A stretch of 64,000 bases of DNA, from NCBI GenBank assembly GCA_032128875.1, contig JAVLKG010000002.1:896001-960000 (forward strand), read 5' to 3'. The notes beneath the pieces were generated by a model that saw only the letters and a program-made list of their open reading frames with translations, made no database searches and had not been told where the DNA came from. The DNA is from Candidatus Melainabacteria bacterium 17Bon1m. GTDB lineage: Bacteria; Cyanobacteriota; Vampirovibrionia; Obscuribacterales; Obscuribacteraceae. The first letter of the stretch is position 1, and each line of letters opens with the position of its first letter. A program made the position numbers and the translations under genes. Below, in pieces: positions 18,327-28,663 of this stretch.

Positions 18327-20054
18327 CTATACCGTCTTTGCCAGCTCGTGAATAATCACTTGCACAGTTGGTTTTGCTTGCAATTTTGCTCTCAGTGATT
18401 TAGATACTGAGTCGCGGATTTGCGAGCGCAATTGCGCAACATCTATGGGAGGCGCATCTTTTCTTGCACGGGCAAGAAGTTCATGGATATTGCCTTTCAA
18501 CTCATCCTGCATTTCTTCCCACTCTCTGGAGAGAAGGAAGCCAGAAGCTCCGGATTCGATTGATGGACCGCTTAATAACTCACCGACAGTGTTGACCACG
18601 AGTGATACCGTAACTACCCCTTCCAGGCTCAGGGAGCGCCTTTCATTGACGGAGAAAGTGGTGACTCGCTCGCCTTGATCTCGATTGAATAAAACTGCTT
18701 GGGCTTCAATTGTTCCAATCATTGATGCTACGCCATTGTCTACTTCCAAAATCTCGCCGTTCTTGAGTGGGAAAACATTGGCTTGAGCAATCCCCCAGTC
18801 CATGGCTAATTGCGCATGGTGCATGATATGCCGCCCTTCGCCGATTGCCGGCACAAAATATTTGGGCTTGGTTATCGACAACATCAATTTCAATTCTTCG
18901 CGGCTGGCGTGCTTTGGCATATGAACGCCTTCATGCTTGCCGTAAACGACCTGAACACCGCGTGAGAGGAATTGGTCTAGAATTACCGACATCTGGCGAA
19001 CCCGCCCAGGAATAATATCTGCGCTGTAGATGACCGTATCGCCTTCTTTGACTGTCAGGTCTTCATTGCGACCAGAAGATAGCTCCCGCATCACTTCCAT
19101 TGCATCGCCTTCGCAGCCGGTTGCCACTACGAGAATTTCCTTGTCTTTTAGTTTTCCAAGGTCTTCGAGCGTTGCTTCGATCGAACGGTCGTAGTTAAGG
19201 TTGCCTGTGAGGGCACCGGACAAGGCAGTTCTAATCAGGGTTTCACCTATGATTATTACTTTTCGATCGTTGGCCTTGGCTAAATCGCAAAGGATTTGTA
19301 GCCTGTGAGTGCTGGTGCCAGGAATTACAACGATGACTCGCGAAGGCGCACTGGCAATGTGTTTGCTGAGCCCTGCCAGTACGGATCTTTCCGAAGGTGT
19401 GTAGCCGTGACTTTCAACGCCAGCCGAATCACTAATTAGAAGCAGAGTTCCCTGATCACCAATTTGCGCCAATCGTCCGACATCAAGAAGGCGCTTGTCG
19501 ACTGGAGTTTGGTCTAATTTAAAACTCGAAGTGTAAATGATGTCGCCTTCAGGGGTGCCAATTCTCAGGGCCGCAGCATCGGCAATGGCATCGTTTACTT
19601 TTATCCATTCGACTTCAAAAGGACCAATCTGATAGGGATAGCGCCACTCTATCGTGTCTACTTCCGGGAAGCGCTTGCCGGTTTTTTCTTTTTCTTCGCG
19701 CTCTAAAAGAGACTGAGTCAGCATTGCCGAGACAAATTGGGGTGCCATAATCCTCGGCACTTTCAGGTGGTTTAGCAGGTAAAATACTCCGCCCGAATGC
19801 TCTTCGTGTCCATTGGTCAAAAGCAGTGCAAGAATTTTGTCGCCGTTTGCTTCTAAGAAATTTGTATTGGGCAGTAACAAATCAACGCCCGGCAAACCTT
19901 CCGGCGGGTAAGCGACGCCCGCATCAACAATCAAAATTTCGCCGCCATAGGTGATTACCCATAACACCTGCCCCAGCTCGCTCTGCCCGCCAAGAGGAAT
20001 GACTGAAAGACTGTCGTATTTAAGATCTGCGCCGCCGGTTACTATGTGTGCCAC
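18327..20054 (-). CDS. rnj: Ribonuclease J family protein with degenerate metal-binding motifs
   Basis: IPLGG.SELG, IVDAG, PGVDLLLP, FKLDQTPVD, GYTPSE, ERRSLSLEG. Motif II reads NGHEEH. Confidence 0.88.
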   Translation of the reverse strand: MAHIVTGGADLKYDSLSVIPLGGQSELGQVLWVITYGGEILIVDAGVAYPPEGLPGVDLLLPNTNFLEANGDKILALLLTNGHEEHSGGVFYLLNHLKVPRIMAPQFVSAMLTQSLLEREEKEKTGKRFPEVDTIEWRYPYQIGPFEVEWIKVNDAIADAAALRIGTPEGDIIYTSSFKLDQTPVDKRLLDVGRLAQIGDQGTLLLISDSAGVESHGYTPSERSVLAGLSKHIASAPSRVIVVIPGTSTHRLQILCDLAKANDRKVIIIGETLIRTALSGALTGNLNYDRSIEATLEDLGKLKDKEILVVATGCEGDAMEVMRELSSGRNEDLTVKEGDTVIYSADIIPGRVRQMSVILDQFLSRGVQVVYGKHEGVHMPKHASREELKLMLSITKPKYFVPAIGEGRHIMHHAQLAMDWGIAQANVFPLKNGEILEVDNGVASMIGTIEAQAVLFNRDQGERVTTFSVNERRSLSLEGVVTVSLVVNTVGELLSGPSIESGASGFLLSREWEEMQDELKGNIHELLARARKDAPPIDVAQLRSQIRDSVSKSLRAKLQAKPTVQVIIHELAKTV

Positions 20055-20178
20055 TTTGCATCCATTGATTGGTAACGAATATATCTGTCGAACTGGACAG
20101 GCTCAGCCGTTAGAAGCGGCTGACCCATAAGGGAGCCTCGCAAGGAGGGGAACTATTTGGTTTTTTCCTGTCTATATG

Positions 20179-20207
20179 ATTGTACGCGCTTCCAGCGCTG
20201 TATGCAT
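20179..20207 (-). promoter_or_regulatory. Putative sigma70 promoter of rnj (ATGCAT-N17-TACAAT)
   Basis: Minus-strand hexamers with 17-nt spacing, about 125 nt upstream of the rnj start. Confidence 0.4.
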
Positions 20208-20409
20208 CTATAAATGAGCGCATATCGTCAAAACCGGACATTTGAGACCTGAATCAAAAAGCAGCGGACTTGAATTTGAATAATGCGATCACTTTATCGA
20301 ATGTTGGCTTTATTATCCTTTCGCTCACCAAGAGCGTAAAATCAGTCATTGAACCGAGATCGAAATCCGAGACGGAAAGTTTATCGCAGCACTAGTTGGT
20401 AATAGGCAG

Positions 20410-21999
20410 ATGGAAAATCCAATCACTTCTCTCAATTGTTTGCTCTATCCCATTGCAAATCACGCCGACAGGGCAGAGCTGCCGGCTATTGTCGAGACTG
20501 ATGTCGACACTCCTGGTGAAAGCGGGACAAATCATAAGACCTACAGTTATGCGCAGATGCAATCTCTTATAGATGCTGCTCAAGAAGAATTTTTGGCGCG
20601 CAATGTATGCAAAGGCGAGCGGGTCATGATGTCGGCTCCGAATTCGGCACGGCTATTTGCTGCTATTTTGGCTTTGTGGAGGATAGGGGCGGTTGCTGTT
20701 CTTGTTGATGCTCGTGTTACGGTTCAAGAAGTCCAAAACGTAGCCAAAAGGCTCAAAGTAAAACTCTTGTGCGGTTCTGTCAGACACAATCCCAATTTTC
20801 TGACTGCAAATTCGAGCATCGAAGAGGAGAAAATCGGTTTGCTGGATATTTCAGCCGTCCCGGAAGAACCGAAGGATGCCTCAGCGTTGCCCAAGTTTGA
20901 GAGAAGCGAAGCTGAATTGAAAGAGCCGGCGTTCATCATTTTGACTTCCGGGACGACTGGTACACCGAAAGGCGCAGTCCATGAGCTTCATTCACTGATG
21001 ATCAATCTGGAAGAGCTGGGCGCAATGGCTTCCATTAAGCGGGAAATGCGTGGCATTCTGCCGCTGCCATTAAGCCACATTTTCGGACTGGAAGTAATGT
21101 TGATTTGCTTCCTTTTCGGCGCAAAAGTTGTCTTTTGCGATCTGACGAAGAGCGGATTTTTTGCTTGCATCAATAAATATGATCCTCATATTCTGGTCGG
21201 CGTGCCGACAGTCTATGCGGCGATGCTCAACATTCCAAACGGCTTAATCAATATGAATTCCGCTCATATTTTGCTTTCTGGTGGTGCACCGCTGCCGGTA
21301 TCATTGGCGGAAGACTTCCAGGGCAGATTTGGCAAAAAGCTCAACAATGGATACGGCTCTACCGAATCAAAAATCATTGCTCTCAATTTGATTGGGCCTC
21401 ATGAGTCAGTCGGCAAGCCGATTCCCTCGGTGAAGGTTGAAATCATGGGCGATAACGATGAACCTGTTGCCGATGGACAAACAGGAGAAATTGCCATCTC
21501 CGGATCGAATTTGATGCTTAGTTATGTAGACAATCCGGAAGCGACGGAGAAAGCGGTTAGAAACGGGCGGTATTACACTGGCGACCTTGGACACATCAAA
21601 GATCAGCAAATCTTCATTTCCGGTCGCGCCAAAGAGATGATCGTTGTCGCCGGCAATAAAGTGTTTCCTGCAGAAGTGGAAGGTGTTTTGCTCAATCATC
21701 CAAACGCTGCTGAAGTTGCGGTTATTGGTGTTCCCCACAAAAGCCTGGGGCAGACAGTAAAAGCGGTCATAGTCATCAAAGACCAAAAACTGAGCGATCA
21801 GTTGAAAGCAGGCGGCGATGCAAAGAAAGCGGCGCGACAAGAGTTGATCGGACAGTTTAAAGACTTCTCCAAAGACAATTTAAAACGCGAATTGCGTCCT
21901 ATGGAATGGGATTTTAGAGCCGCTGGTGACTTTCTGCCCAAGACTCTTTCCGGCAAAGTGGACAAAAAACAATTAGACGCGGTGGGTGCGACGACCTAG
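20410..21999 (+). CDS. AMP-dependent acyl-CoA synthetase / long-chain fatty acid-CoA ligase family
   Basis: TSGTTGTPKG, GYGSTE, YTGDLG, GRAKEMI, LPKTLSGKVDK. Confidence 0.9.
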   Translation: MENPITSLNCLLYPIANHADRAELPAIVETDVDTPGESGTNHKTYSYAQMQSLIDAAQEEFLARNVCKGERVMMSAPNSARLFAAILALWRIGAVAVLVDARVTVQEVQNVAKRLKVKLLCGSVRHNPNFLTANSSIEEEKIGLLDISAVPEEPKDASALPKFERSEAELKEPAFIILTSGTTGTPKGAVHELHSLMINLEELGAMASIKREMRGILPLPLSHIFGLEVMLICFLFGAKVVFCDLTKSGFFACINKYDPHILVGVPTVYAAMLNIPNGLINMNSAHILLSGGAPLPVSLAEDFQGRFGKKLNNGYGSTESKIIALNLIGPHESVGKPIPSVKVEIMGDNDEPVADGQTGEIAISGSNLMLSYVDNPEATEKAVRNGRYYTGDLGHIKDQQIFISGRAKEMIVVAGNKVFPAEVEGVLLNHPNAAEVAVIGVPHKSLGQTVKAVIVIKDQKLSDQLKAGGDAKKAARQELIGQFKDFSKDNLKRELRPMEWDFRAAGDFLPKTLSGKVDKKQLDAVGATT

Positions 22000-23129
22000 G
22001 ACATCGTCTTTCTTTTGCGAGAGGGTTCTTTCAAGGCCATCTCGATTGCTTCTTCAAATTCTTTTGCGGTCTGGTAGCGGTCGTCAGGCTCTTTAGCGAG
22101 CGCTTTTTCAACAACGAGTTCAATCGGTGACCCGGCCGGTATGTCCTCTCTTTGCGAGGATAGAGGCGGCGGTGGTTCGAACAACTGTTTGGTGAGGATA
22201 GACTCGGCCGTCTCTCCTTCGAATGGAACTTTTCCCGTGAGTAGTTCGAAGAGCATTACGCCGACCGCATAGAGATCTGCGCGTGCATCGATTTTTCTGT
22301 CTTTCAGTTGCTCAGGCGCTATGTAAGCAGGTGTGCCGATCAACTTGCCTGTCTGAGTCAGGCGATGTGCGCCAGCGACCAAGTAGGCAATACCGAAATC
22401 CAAAATTTTGATGTGCTGCGAGGAGCCTTTCACCGCTTCGACCAGCACATTGTCCGGTTTTAAATCGCGGTGAATAATGCCAGCTGCATGAGCTTCTCCA
22501 AGTCCGCGACAAATTTGAATGACAATTGCAGCAGCCGTTTTGAGATGCACCGGACCATGGCGATCCAATGCGCGGCGCAAAGATTCGCCGGCAACATATT
22601 CCATGACCAGATAAGGCTCGTTGTTATTGAGCAACCCGCCATCATATACTCTGATGATATTTGGGTGATGCAGTTGGGCTGTGAGTTGGCACTCGCGCTT
22701 GAACCTTTCATTGGCACGCTCGTCGTGGGCTAACCATGACTGCATGACCTTGATCACAACCGGTCGTTCGATCAAATTGTCGAACGCCTGATAAACAACT
22801 GCCATACCCCCATGACCGATGACTGATTGAATTGTGTATTTGCCGCCTACAGTTTTTCCCAGGAGGCGGGACGCTTCTGCCATTTGAACGCGTGGTCTCA
22901 TTTTTGGCTCGGCGCTTTGCGGCAGTCGAGAGCCGTCGATCATGCAGAAATTCGCTTCTTCCGGGTATTGCCGACCACAATTGCCGCAGCGTTTAATCTC
23001 TGGAATTATGTCTACGCTGGTCGTCGCGCCGCGAGCCTCGCCTTCATAATTGAAGGCGCAACCGTCAAACGGGCAATGCGTGGCGCCTTGAGGCAAAAGG
23101 CGATTACATAAAACGCAGCGACGAGTCAC
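21996..23129 (-). CDS. Ser/Thr protein kinase with N-terminal double zinc ribbon
   Basis: Start set at GTG 23129 after a G-rich SD. CVLC/CPFD/CGNC/CMID knuckles; GHGGMAVVY, HRDLKPDN, DFG, GTPAYIAPE. Confidence 0.88.
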   Translation of the reverse strand: MTRRCVLCNRLLPQGATHCPFDGCAFNYEGEARGATTSVDIIPEIKRCGNCGRQYPEEANFCMIDGSRLPQSAEPKMRPRVQMAEASRLLGKTVGGKYTIQSVIGHGGMAVVYQAFDNLIERPVVIKVMQSWLAHDERANERFKRECQLTAQLHHPNIIRVYDGGLLNNNEPYLVMEYVAGESLRRALDRHGPVHLKTAAAIVIQICRGLGEAHAAGIIHRDLKPDNVLVEAVKGSSQHIKILDFGIAYLVAGAHRLTQTGKLIGTPAYIAPEQLKDRKIDARADLYAVGVMLFELLTGKVPFEGETAESILTKQLFEPPPPLSSQREDIPAGSPIELVVEKALAKEPDDRYQTAKEFEEAIEMALKEPSRKRKTMS

Positions 23130-23293
23130 TGTTGGCCCCCCGGGCCTGATTGGTATAAACCGAGCACATTGGGCCGGGGCGGAAACCGACGACCCTATAT
23201 ACCATATGTATCTTACCCAGAGAGGTCTGACGTCCTTCGACAGGGTGAGTAAGCTTTGGGATACTGGTATTAAAGCAAGAATGGGCTCTCGTA

Positions 23294-24481
23294 ATGCCAA
23301 AATTAAACCGCAAAATACTGGGAGGAAGACTGTGCAGGGCTGCACACCATCAGCTTTTCGCTTGCTTTTCTGCGTTTGTTTTGTTTGCACTGAGTTCTGC
23401 AAATGCTCAAAATTATTCGGGACCCGGACAGTCCGATCCAGGTGCTCAAAGCGAGCAAAGTACCGATGCCGCGGGAGGTTCACCTTCGTCTGATCCAAAT
23501 GGCCTGTCCGGTCAATCTGAGTCAGGTGTTTCTTCTGGTTCGCAGAGTGCAGATGGCGTGCCTTCAGATGCGATGCAGGATGAATCGACTTCTAAAGAAG
23601 CATCCTCAAACGCACCTCTGCCGGAGGCTCCGCCCCCGGAAGTGCCGGGGGCATCTAATGGCGGACCAACACCAATTCCAAATGCCGATTCAATTCCGAA
23701 TTCTACAAACACATTTGGAGCCGTCGAAATTCCAGGCTATACAGAAGCGATGAACGCGGCAAAAAATTCAGGACAAACGAAAGGCAATAAACAACTGATT
23801 GAGAGTTTGCGTGATGTTTTTCCGGTCAATGGAAATCCGCTCAAAGACTTGTTTACGCCGCAACCACAATTTGTGACGCCGCAAACTCTTTTGAATCCGC
23901 AACCTCAGGCGCCGAGAGCAGGCGAAGCAAATCCATTGAAAGGTCTTTTCACGCCGCAACCGCAGTATGTAACTCCACAGACGCTGTTGAACCCGGAGCC
24001 CACCCCTGCTGCCGGCGAGCTTAATCACTTCAAGGGCGTTTTTACGGCGCAGCCGCAGTATCCAACACCTCAGACATTGATGAATCCACATCCCCTACCG
24101 CGTTACTATGTGAAAGAACGCATGCCTGACCATTTTTTCGAAAAGAGCACCGGTGGTAAAAAAGCCCCCCTGGATCAGGCTGAAACGGCTTTAGGTCCGT
24201 CCAAACCCTCGCAGAGCATTGCGGCAAACAATAACCACCCGCTCAGGCAGGCGATGTTATTGATTAACAGTGCCCATGAAGAAGATGCTGTTGGATTGAT
24301 GGATAGATTTCTTGTGCAGTATCCAGGCAATATGCAAGCTCGCTATGTGAAAGCTGTTGCGCTTGTCAGATTGCGACGTTTGGGCGATGCGCGTCAGGAA
24401 TACAAAACAATAATGCAGTTTTCCAATGACGTAGCGCTTAAAAAACTTGCTCAGGAAGGCATAAGCAAGTTGGATGAGTGA
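23294..24481 (+). CDS. Exported protein with Pro/Gln repeats and C-terminal TPR-like helices
   Basis: Signal peptide ending ANA, low-complexity linker, three repeats, YPGNMQARYVKAVAL TPR-like segment. Confidence 0.7.
   Translation: MPKLNRKILGGRLCRAAHHQLFACFSAFVLFALSSANAQNYSGPGQSDPGAQSEQSTDAAGGSPSSDPNGLSGQSESGVSSGSQSADGVPSDAMQDESTSKEASSNAPLPEAPPPEVPGASNGGPTPIPNADSIPNSTNTFGAVEIPGYTEAMNAAKNSGQTKGNKQLIESLRDVFPVNGNPLKDLFTPQPQFVTPQTLLNPQPQAPRAGEANPLKGLFTPQPQYVTPQTLLNPEPTPAAGELNHFKGVFTAQPQYPTPQTLMNPHPLPRYYVKERMPDHFFEKSTGGKKAPLDQAETALGPSKPSQSIAANNNHPLRQAMLLINSAHEEDAVGLMDRFLVQYPGNMQARYVKAVALVRLRRLGDARQEYKTIMQFSNDVALKKLAQEGISKLDE
23834..24094 (+). repeat. Three in-frame tandem repeats (96/93-bp period), NPLKxLFTPQPQxVTPQTLLNP
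   Basis: Copies start at 23834, 23930 and 24023. Confidence 0.85.
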
Positions 24482-24622
24482 AATGCGCACTTTCTTGTTG
24501 CCAATTGGCGATGTTTTTTTTGTGCTGCGCGATGCCCAAAACTGGCGCAAATCTTAAGAACCTGGCTGTTGTCATTGGAAAAGGGTATGCTGGGATTAGC
24601 TGCCAGTTTCTAAGGTAACCCA

Positions 24623-25186
24623 GTGAATCAGATTAGTAACGGCACTTCTGACACCAATCCATTGTCCAAAGAGCGAATCCTCAACTTCAGCGTTGCGGCC
24701 GGTTCGCTTTGGATTACTCGGCACTTGCTTTTCGGCATGGTTTTCTATTTCATGATTTGCCAGATTCCGGGCATCATGGTCAAAGCTGATTTGTTCAGAT
24801 GTGTCGGTATTTCACTTTTGCTGTCGATGACATTTTTCCTCGTGACGACAGCTCTTGCACTCTTGGGCAGTCTTTCCTACGTGACCTACAAGTTGATGAA
24901 AAACTCGCAAGAGTTTTTGCAAAATGACAATTCACCCAATCTCGAATGGATAAAAGACAAACGTTTTATCGTGCCTTCCTACGTTCTTGGAGTCATTTTC
25001 AACGCGATTCTTTTGAAAGCGTTTTCGAGCTTCTACCCCAATTTGATTTTGGTAGAAGGTTGGATGCCTGCTGTAATGGCGGCGATCATTATTGTGATCG
25101 CCAATCGTTGCCTGCACGCGCTGCAGAAAAACGTCGTTAAGCTTTCGCTCAGCGAAGAAATCAAAACCGCTGCCGGACGAATTTAG
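24623..25186 (+). CDS. Four-TM membrane protein, YvlD/phage-holin-like
   Basis: Four hydrophobic helices; NAILLK...VEGWMPAVMAAIII resembles the YvlD family C-terminus. Confidence 0.5.
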   Translation: MNQISNGTSDTNPLSKERILNFSVAAGSLWITRHLLFGMVFYFMICQIPGIMVKADLFRCVGISLLLSMTFFLVTTALALLGSLSYVTYKLMKNSQEFLQNDNSPNLEWIKDKRFIVPSYVLGVIFNAILLKAFSSFYPNLILVEGWMPAVMAAIIIVIANRCLHALQKNVVKLSLSEEIKTAAGRI

Positions 25187-26799
25187 AGAACTGCTGTTTC
25201 TCTGTAGGCGCCATGCACTTCGCGCATAGCGTCGCAAACTTCACCCATGGTGGCGTATGTTTTCACTGCCTCCAAAATCAACGGGAAGCTGTTGCCGCCG
25301 TTGCGGAGCGCTTCTTTCAATTTCTCGAGCGATTCGGTTACTTTTGCCTGATCGCGTCTTGCTTTCAGTTTTTCCAGTCTCGCCACTTGTCTGTCTTGAT
25401 ACTGGCGGCCGATTTTAAGAATTTCGATTCCAGGTCCTTCAGCCTCTTCAGTGAAGCCGTTCAAGCCAACGAAGATGCGGTCTTTGGAGTCGAGTTTTTG
25501 TTGGAATTGATATGCAGAGTCGGCAATTTCTTTCATGAAGTAGCCTTTCTCGATACCGGATATGACACCACCGATTTCTTCGATTTGTTTGAAGTATTCT
25601 TCGGCTTGGCGCTCTAATTCATCAGTCAGCCATTCAACGTAATACGAGCCGGCAAGGGGATCGGCGACGTTGGTCACACCGGTTTCGAAGGCGATGATTT
25701 GCTGCGTACGCAATGCGATGTGCGCCGCTTTTTCGGTCGGCAGTCCAAGCACTTCATCCATTGAATTGGTGTGCAGTGATTGCGTTCCGCCCAGCACTCC
25801 AGCGAGCGCTTCGATTGCTGTGCGCACGATGTTGTTTTCTGGCTGGGGAGCGGTCAAGCTGCATCCTGCAGTTTGCGTGTGGAATCGCAGTTTGAGGGAT
25901 CGCTCATCCTTAGCGCCATATTTGTCGCGCATGCGGCGAGCCCAAATTCTTCTTGCTGCGCGGTATTTTGCAATCTCTTCAAAGAAGTCGATGTGAGCAT
26001 TGAAGAAGAATGAAAGACGCGGAACGAAGTCGTCGATGTTGAGACCTGCTTCTATACCGGCGTCTACATAAGCAAAACCATCCGCTAGAGTAAATGCAAG
26101 TTCTTGCGCTGCAGTCGCGCCTGCTTCACGAATGTGATATCCAGAGACTGAAATGTGGTTCCACTTCGGCACTTCGTTTGTGCAGAAAACCATCATGTCT
26201 TTGATCAATTGCACAGCCGGACGCGGTGGCAAAAGGTATGTCTTCTGAGCGATGTACTCTTTGAAGATGTCGTTTTGCAATGTGCCGTTCAGCTGTTTTA
26301 GATCGAAACCACGCTTTTGAGCATTAGCGAGGAACATCGCAAAGATAATTACGGCCGGACCATTGATGGTCATCGAGGTGGAAACTTTGTCCAACGGCAG
26401 ATCTTGATAGAGGATTTCCATATCTTCGAGGCTGTCGATTGCAACACCGCAAACTCCAACTTCGCCGTTAGATACTGGATTGTCCGAGTCATAGCCCATC
26501 AATGTCGGCAGGTCGAAAGCGGTCGAAAGCCCTGTCTGACCTTGAGAAAGCAAATATTTGAAACGGGCATTTGTCTCTTCAGGACCGCCAAAACCGGCAA
26601 ACTGACGCATTGTCCAGACTTTGCCGCGATACATGTTGTTGTGAATGCCGCGTGTGTACGGGAAAACACCCGGATCATTCAGCTTTTCGTCATACTTCCA
26701 ATCTTTAAGATCTTCTTTCGTGTAGACCGGCTTGAGCGGAATGCCCGAAATTGTTTCGAAGGTCTTCTCCACTTTCGGCTTTGTCAGTTCTTTGACCAT
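25183..26799 (-). CDS. B12-dependent acyl-CoA mutase large (substrate-binding) subunit with isobutyryl-CoA mutase-type residues
   Basis: PGVFPYTRG, WTMRQFAGF, AFDLPT, GYHIREAG, LGGTQSLHTNS; no DxHxxG B12-binding domain. Confidence 0.9.
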   Translation of the reverse strand: MVKELTKPKVEKTFETISGIPLKPVYTKEDLKDWKYDEKLNDPGVFPYTRGIHNNMYRGKVWTMRQFAGFGGPEETNARFKYLLSQGQTGLSTAFDLPTLMGYDSDNPVSNGEVGVCGVAIDSLEDMEILYQDLPLDKVSTSMTINGPAVIIFAMFLANAQKRGFDLKQLNGTLQNDIFKEYIAQKTYLLPPRPAVQLIKDMMVFCTNEVPKWNHISVSGYHIREAGATAAQELAFTLADGFAYVDAGIEAGLNIDDFVPRLSFFFNAHIDFFEEIAKYRAARRIWARRMRDKYGAKDERSLKLRFHTQTAGCSLTAPQPENNIVRTAIEALAGVLGGTQSLHTNSMDEVLGLPTEKAAHIALRTQQIIAFETGVTNVADPLAGSYYVEWLTDELERQAEEYFKQIEEIGGVISGIEKGYFMKEIADSAYQFQQKLDSKDRIFVGLNGFTEEAEGPGIEILKIGRQYQDRQVARLEKLKARRDQAKVTESLEKLKEALRNGGNSFPLILEAVKTYATMGEVCDAMREVHGAYRETAVL

Positions 26800-26929
26800 T
26801 TGTCCGCTCCTGGTAGTCTTTGAATTTCGCGAGTAATTCTAATACGCGCGAATGAGTTATGATCTCCACTTGTCAGTCTACAACACAGATCTGACAGTGT
26901 AATAATTTCATAATCGAGGTGCTTTTGTC

Positions 26930-28663
26930 ATGACATCGGCGGCGTCGGCTAAATCGGCACAGACAACAAAATCCGGACCCGAGCTCATAAAAGCCATTTT
27001 GCAGAGCAAAGAGGCTATCCAGGTTCAGGCTCCCAGAGGCTCTGCGCTGAATGCCAAAGGCTGGGTTCAAGAAGCGGCGCTACGCATGCTCTTGAACAAT
27101 CTCGATAAGGAAGTAGCTGAGCGACCTGAAGACCTCGTTGTTTACGGTGGCTCCGGCAAAGCAGCGCGCAACTGGAGCTGTTTCAAGGCGATCGTTAAAG
27201 AACTGGTCGATCTCGAGAATGATGAAACATTGCTGGTTCAATCCGGCAAACCGGTCGGCAAATTCCGCACCCATGAAGACGCTCCTAGAGTTTTGATTGC
27301 CAATTCCAACCTGGTCGGAAATTGGGCAAACTGGAACTATTTCCGTGATCTGGAGCAGAAGGGCTTGATCATGTTTGGTCAAATGACAGCCGGCTCCTGG
27401 ATTTACATCGGTACTCAGGGCATTTTGCAGGGGACTTATGAAACATTTGCAGCGCTTGCTCGCAAACATTTCGACGGCTCGCTGAAAGGAAAAGTTGTGC
27501 TCACAGCCGGTCTCGGCGGTATGGGTGGAGCTCAGCCGTTGGCTGTAACCATGAACGATGGAATCGCCATCTGCGTCGAAGTTGACGAAAGCCGCATCGA
27601 TAGACGATTAGAAACGAAATATCTAGATGTGAAAGCCTTTAACCTCGAACACGCTCTGAAGCTCGCTAAAGAGGCGAAGGAAAAAGGAAATCCCTTGTCC
27701 ATCGGACTCTTGGGCAATGCGGCAGAAGTTCTTCCGGAGCTCTTGAAACAAGGTTTTTTGCCGGATGCGCTCACTGATCAAACTTCCGCACACGATCCCC
27801 TGACTGGTTATGTACCTAAGGGCTACTCACTAGAAATGGCTGCCGAACTGCGTTCTAGCGATCCGAAGAAATATGTGGAGTTGTCGACGCAGTCGATTGT
27901 TGAGCATGTGGAAGCAATGCTCGAGTTTCAAAAACGTGGCGCAATCACATTTGACTACGGCAACAATATTCGCCAGGTCGCTTTTGATAAGGGCGTCGCA
28001 AACGCTTTCGATTTCCCGGGATTTGTTCCGGCGTACATCAGACCGCTGTTCTGCGAAGGCAAGGGACCTTTCAGATGGGCTGCTCTGTCAGGCGATCCGA
28101 AAGACATAGACAGAATTGATAAAGCAATTTTGGAGAATTTTGCAGACAATAAGGCGCTCTGCAAGTGGATCAAGATGGCCAACGAAAAGGTCGCCTTTCA
28201 GGGCCTGCCTGCTCGCATTTGCTGGCTCGGCTACGGAGATCGCGCCAAATTGGGGCTGATTATCAATAAGCTGGTTGCAGCGGGTGAAGTTTCTGCTCCG
28301 ATAGTAATCGGCCGTGACCACCTTGATGCCGGCTCAGTAGCCTCACCCAATCGCGAAACCGAATCGATGAAAGACGGCTCGGACGCAATTGCCGATTGGG
28401 TTTATCTGAACGCGATGATTAACGCAGTCGGCGGCGCTAGCTGGGTTTCGCTCCACCATGGTGGTGGTGTCGGCATCGGTTATTCCCTGCACGCCGGTCA
28501 GGTGATTGTTGCTGATGGCACTATTGATGCCGATCGCCGCTTGAAGAGAGTGCTCACTACCGACCCGGGAATGGGTGTGATTCGACATGTCGACGCTGGA
28601 TACGATGAAGCGATTGATTTCGCTAAGAAAGCGGGAGTTCATATCCCAATGAATAACGACTAG
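26930..28663 (+). CDS. hutU: Urocanate hydratase
   Basis: [48 protein letters not shown]. Confidence 0.97.
   Translation: MTSAASAKSAQTTKSGPELIKAILQSKEAIQVQAPRGSALNAKGWVQEAALRMLLNNLDKEVAERPEDLVVYGGSGKAARNWSCFKAIVKELVDLENDETLLVQSGKPVGKFRTHEDAPRVLIANSNLVGNWANWNYFRDLEQKGLIMFGQMTAGSWIYIGTQGILQGTYETFAALARKHFDGSLKGKVVLTAGLGGMGGAQPLAVTMNDGIAICVEVDESRIDRRLETKYLDVKAFNLEHALKLAKEAKEKGNPLSIGLLGNAAEVLPELLKQGFLPDALTDQTSAHDPLTGYVPKGYSLEMAAELRSSDPKKYVELSTQSIVEHVEAMLEFQKRGAITFDYGNNIRQVAFDKGVANAFDFPGFVPAYIRPLFCEGKGPFRWAALSGDPKDIDRIDKAILENFADNKALCKWIKMANEKVAFQGLPARICWLGYGDRAKLGLIINKLVAAGEVSAPIVIGRDHLDAGSVASPNRETESMKDGSDAIADWVYLNAMINAVGGASWVSLHHGGGVGIGYSLHAGQVIVADGTIDADRRLKRVLTTDPGMGVIRHVDAGYDEAIDFAKKAGVHIPMNND

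Noticed and set aside
23130-23498. N-terminal 123 aa of the 500-aa kinase ORF in the track
   Set aside because: Overlaps the divergent gene; a better start with SD exists at GTG 23129.
24623-25186. Prophage implied by the holin-like gene
   Set aside because: YvlD-like proteins are commonly chromosomal; no phage genes nearby.
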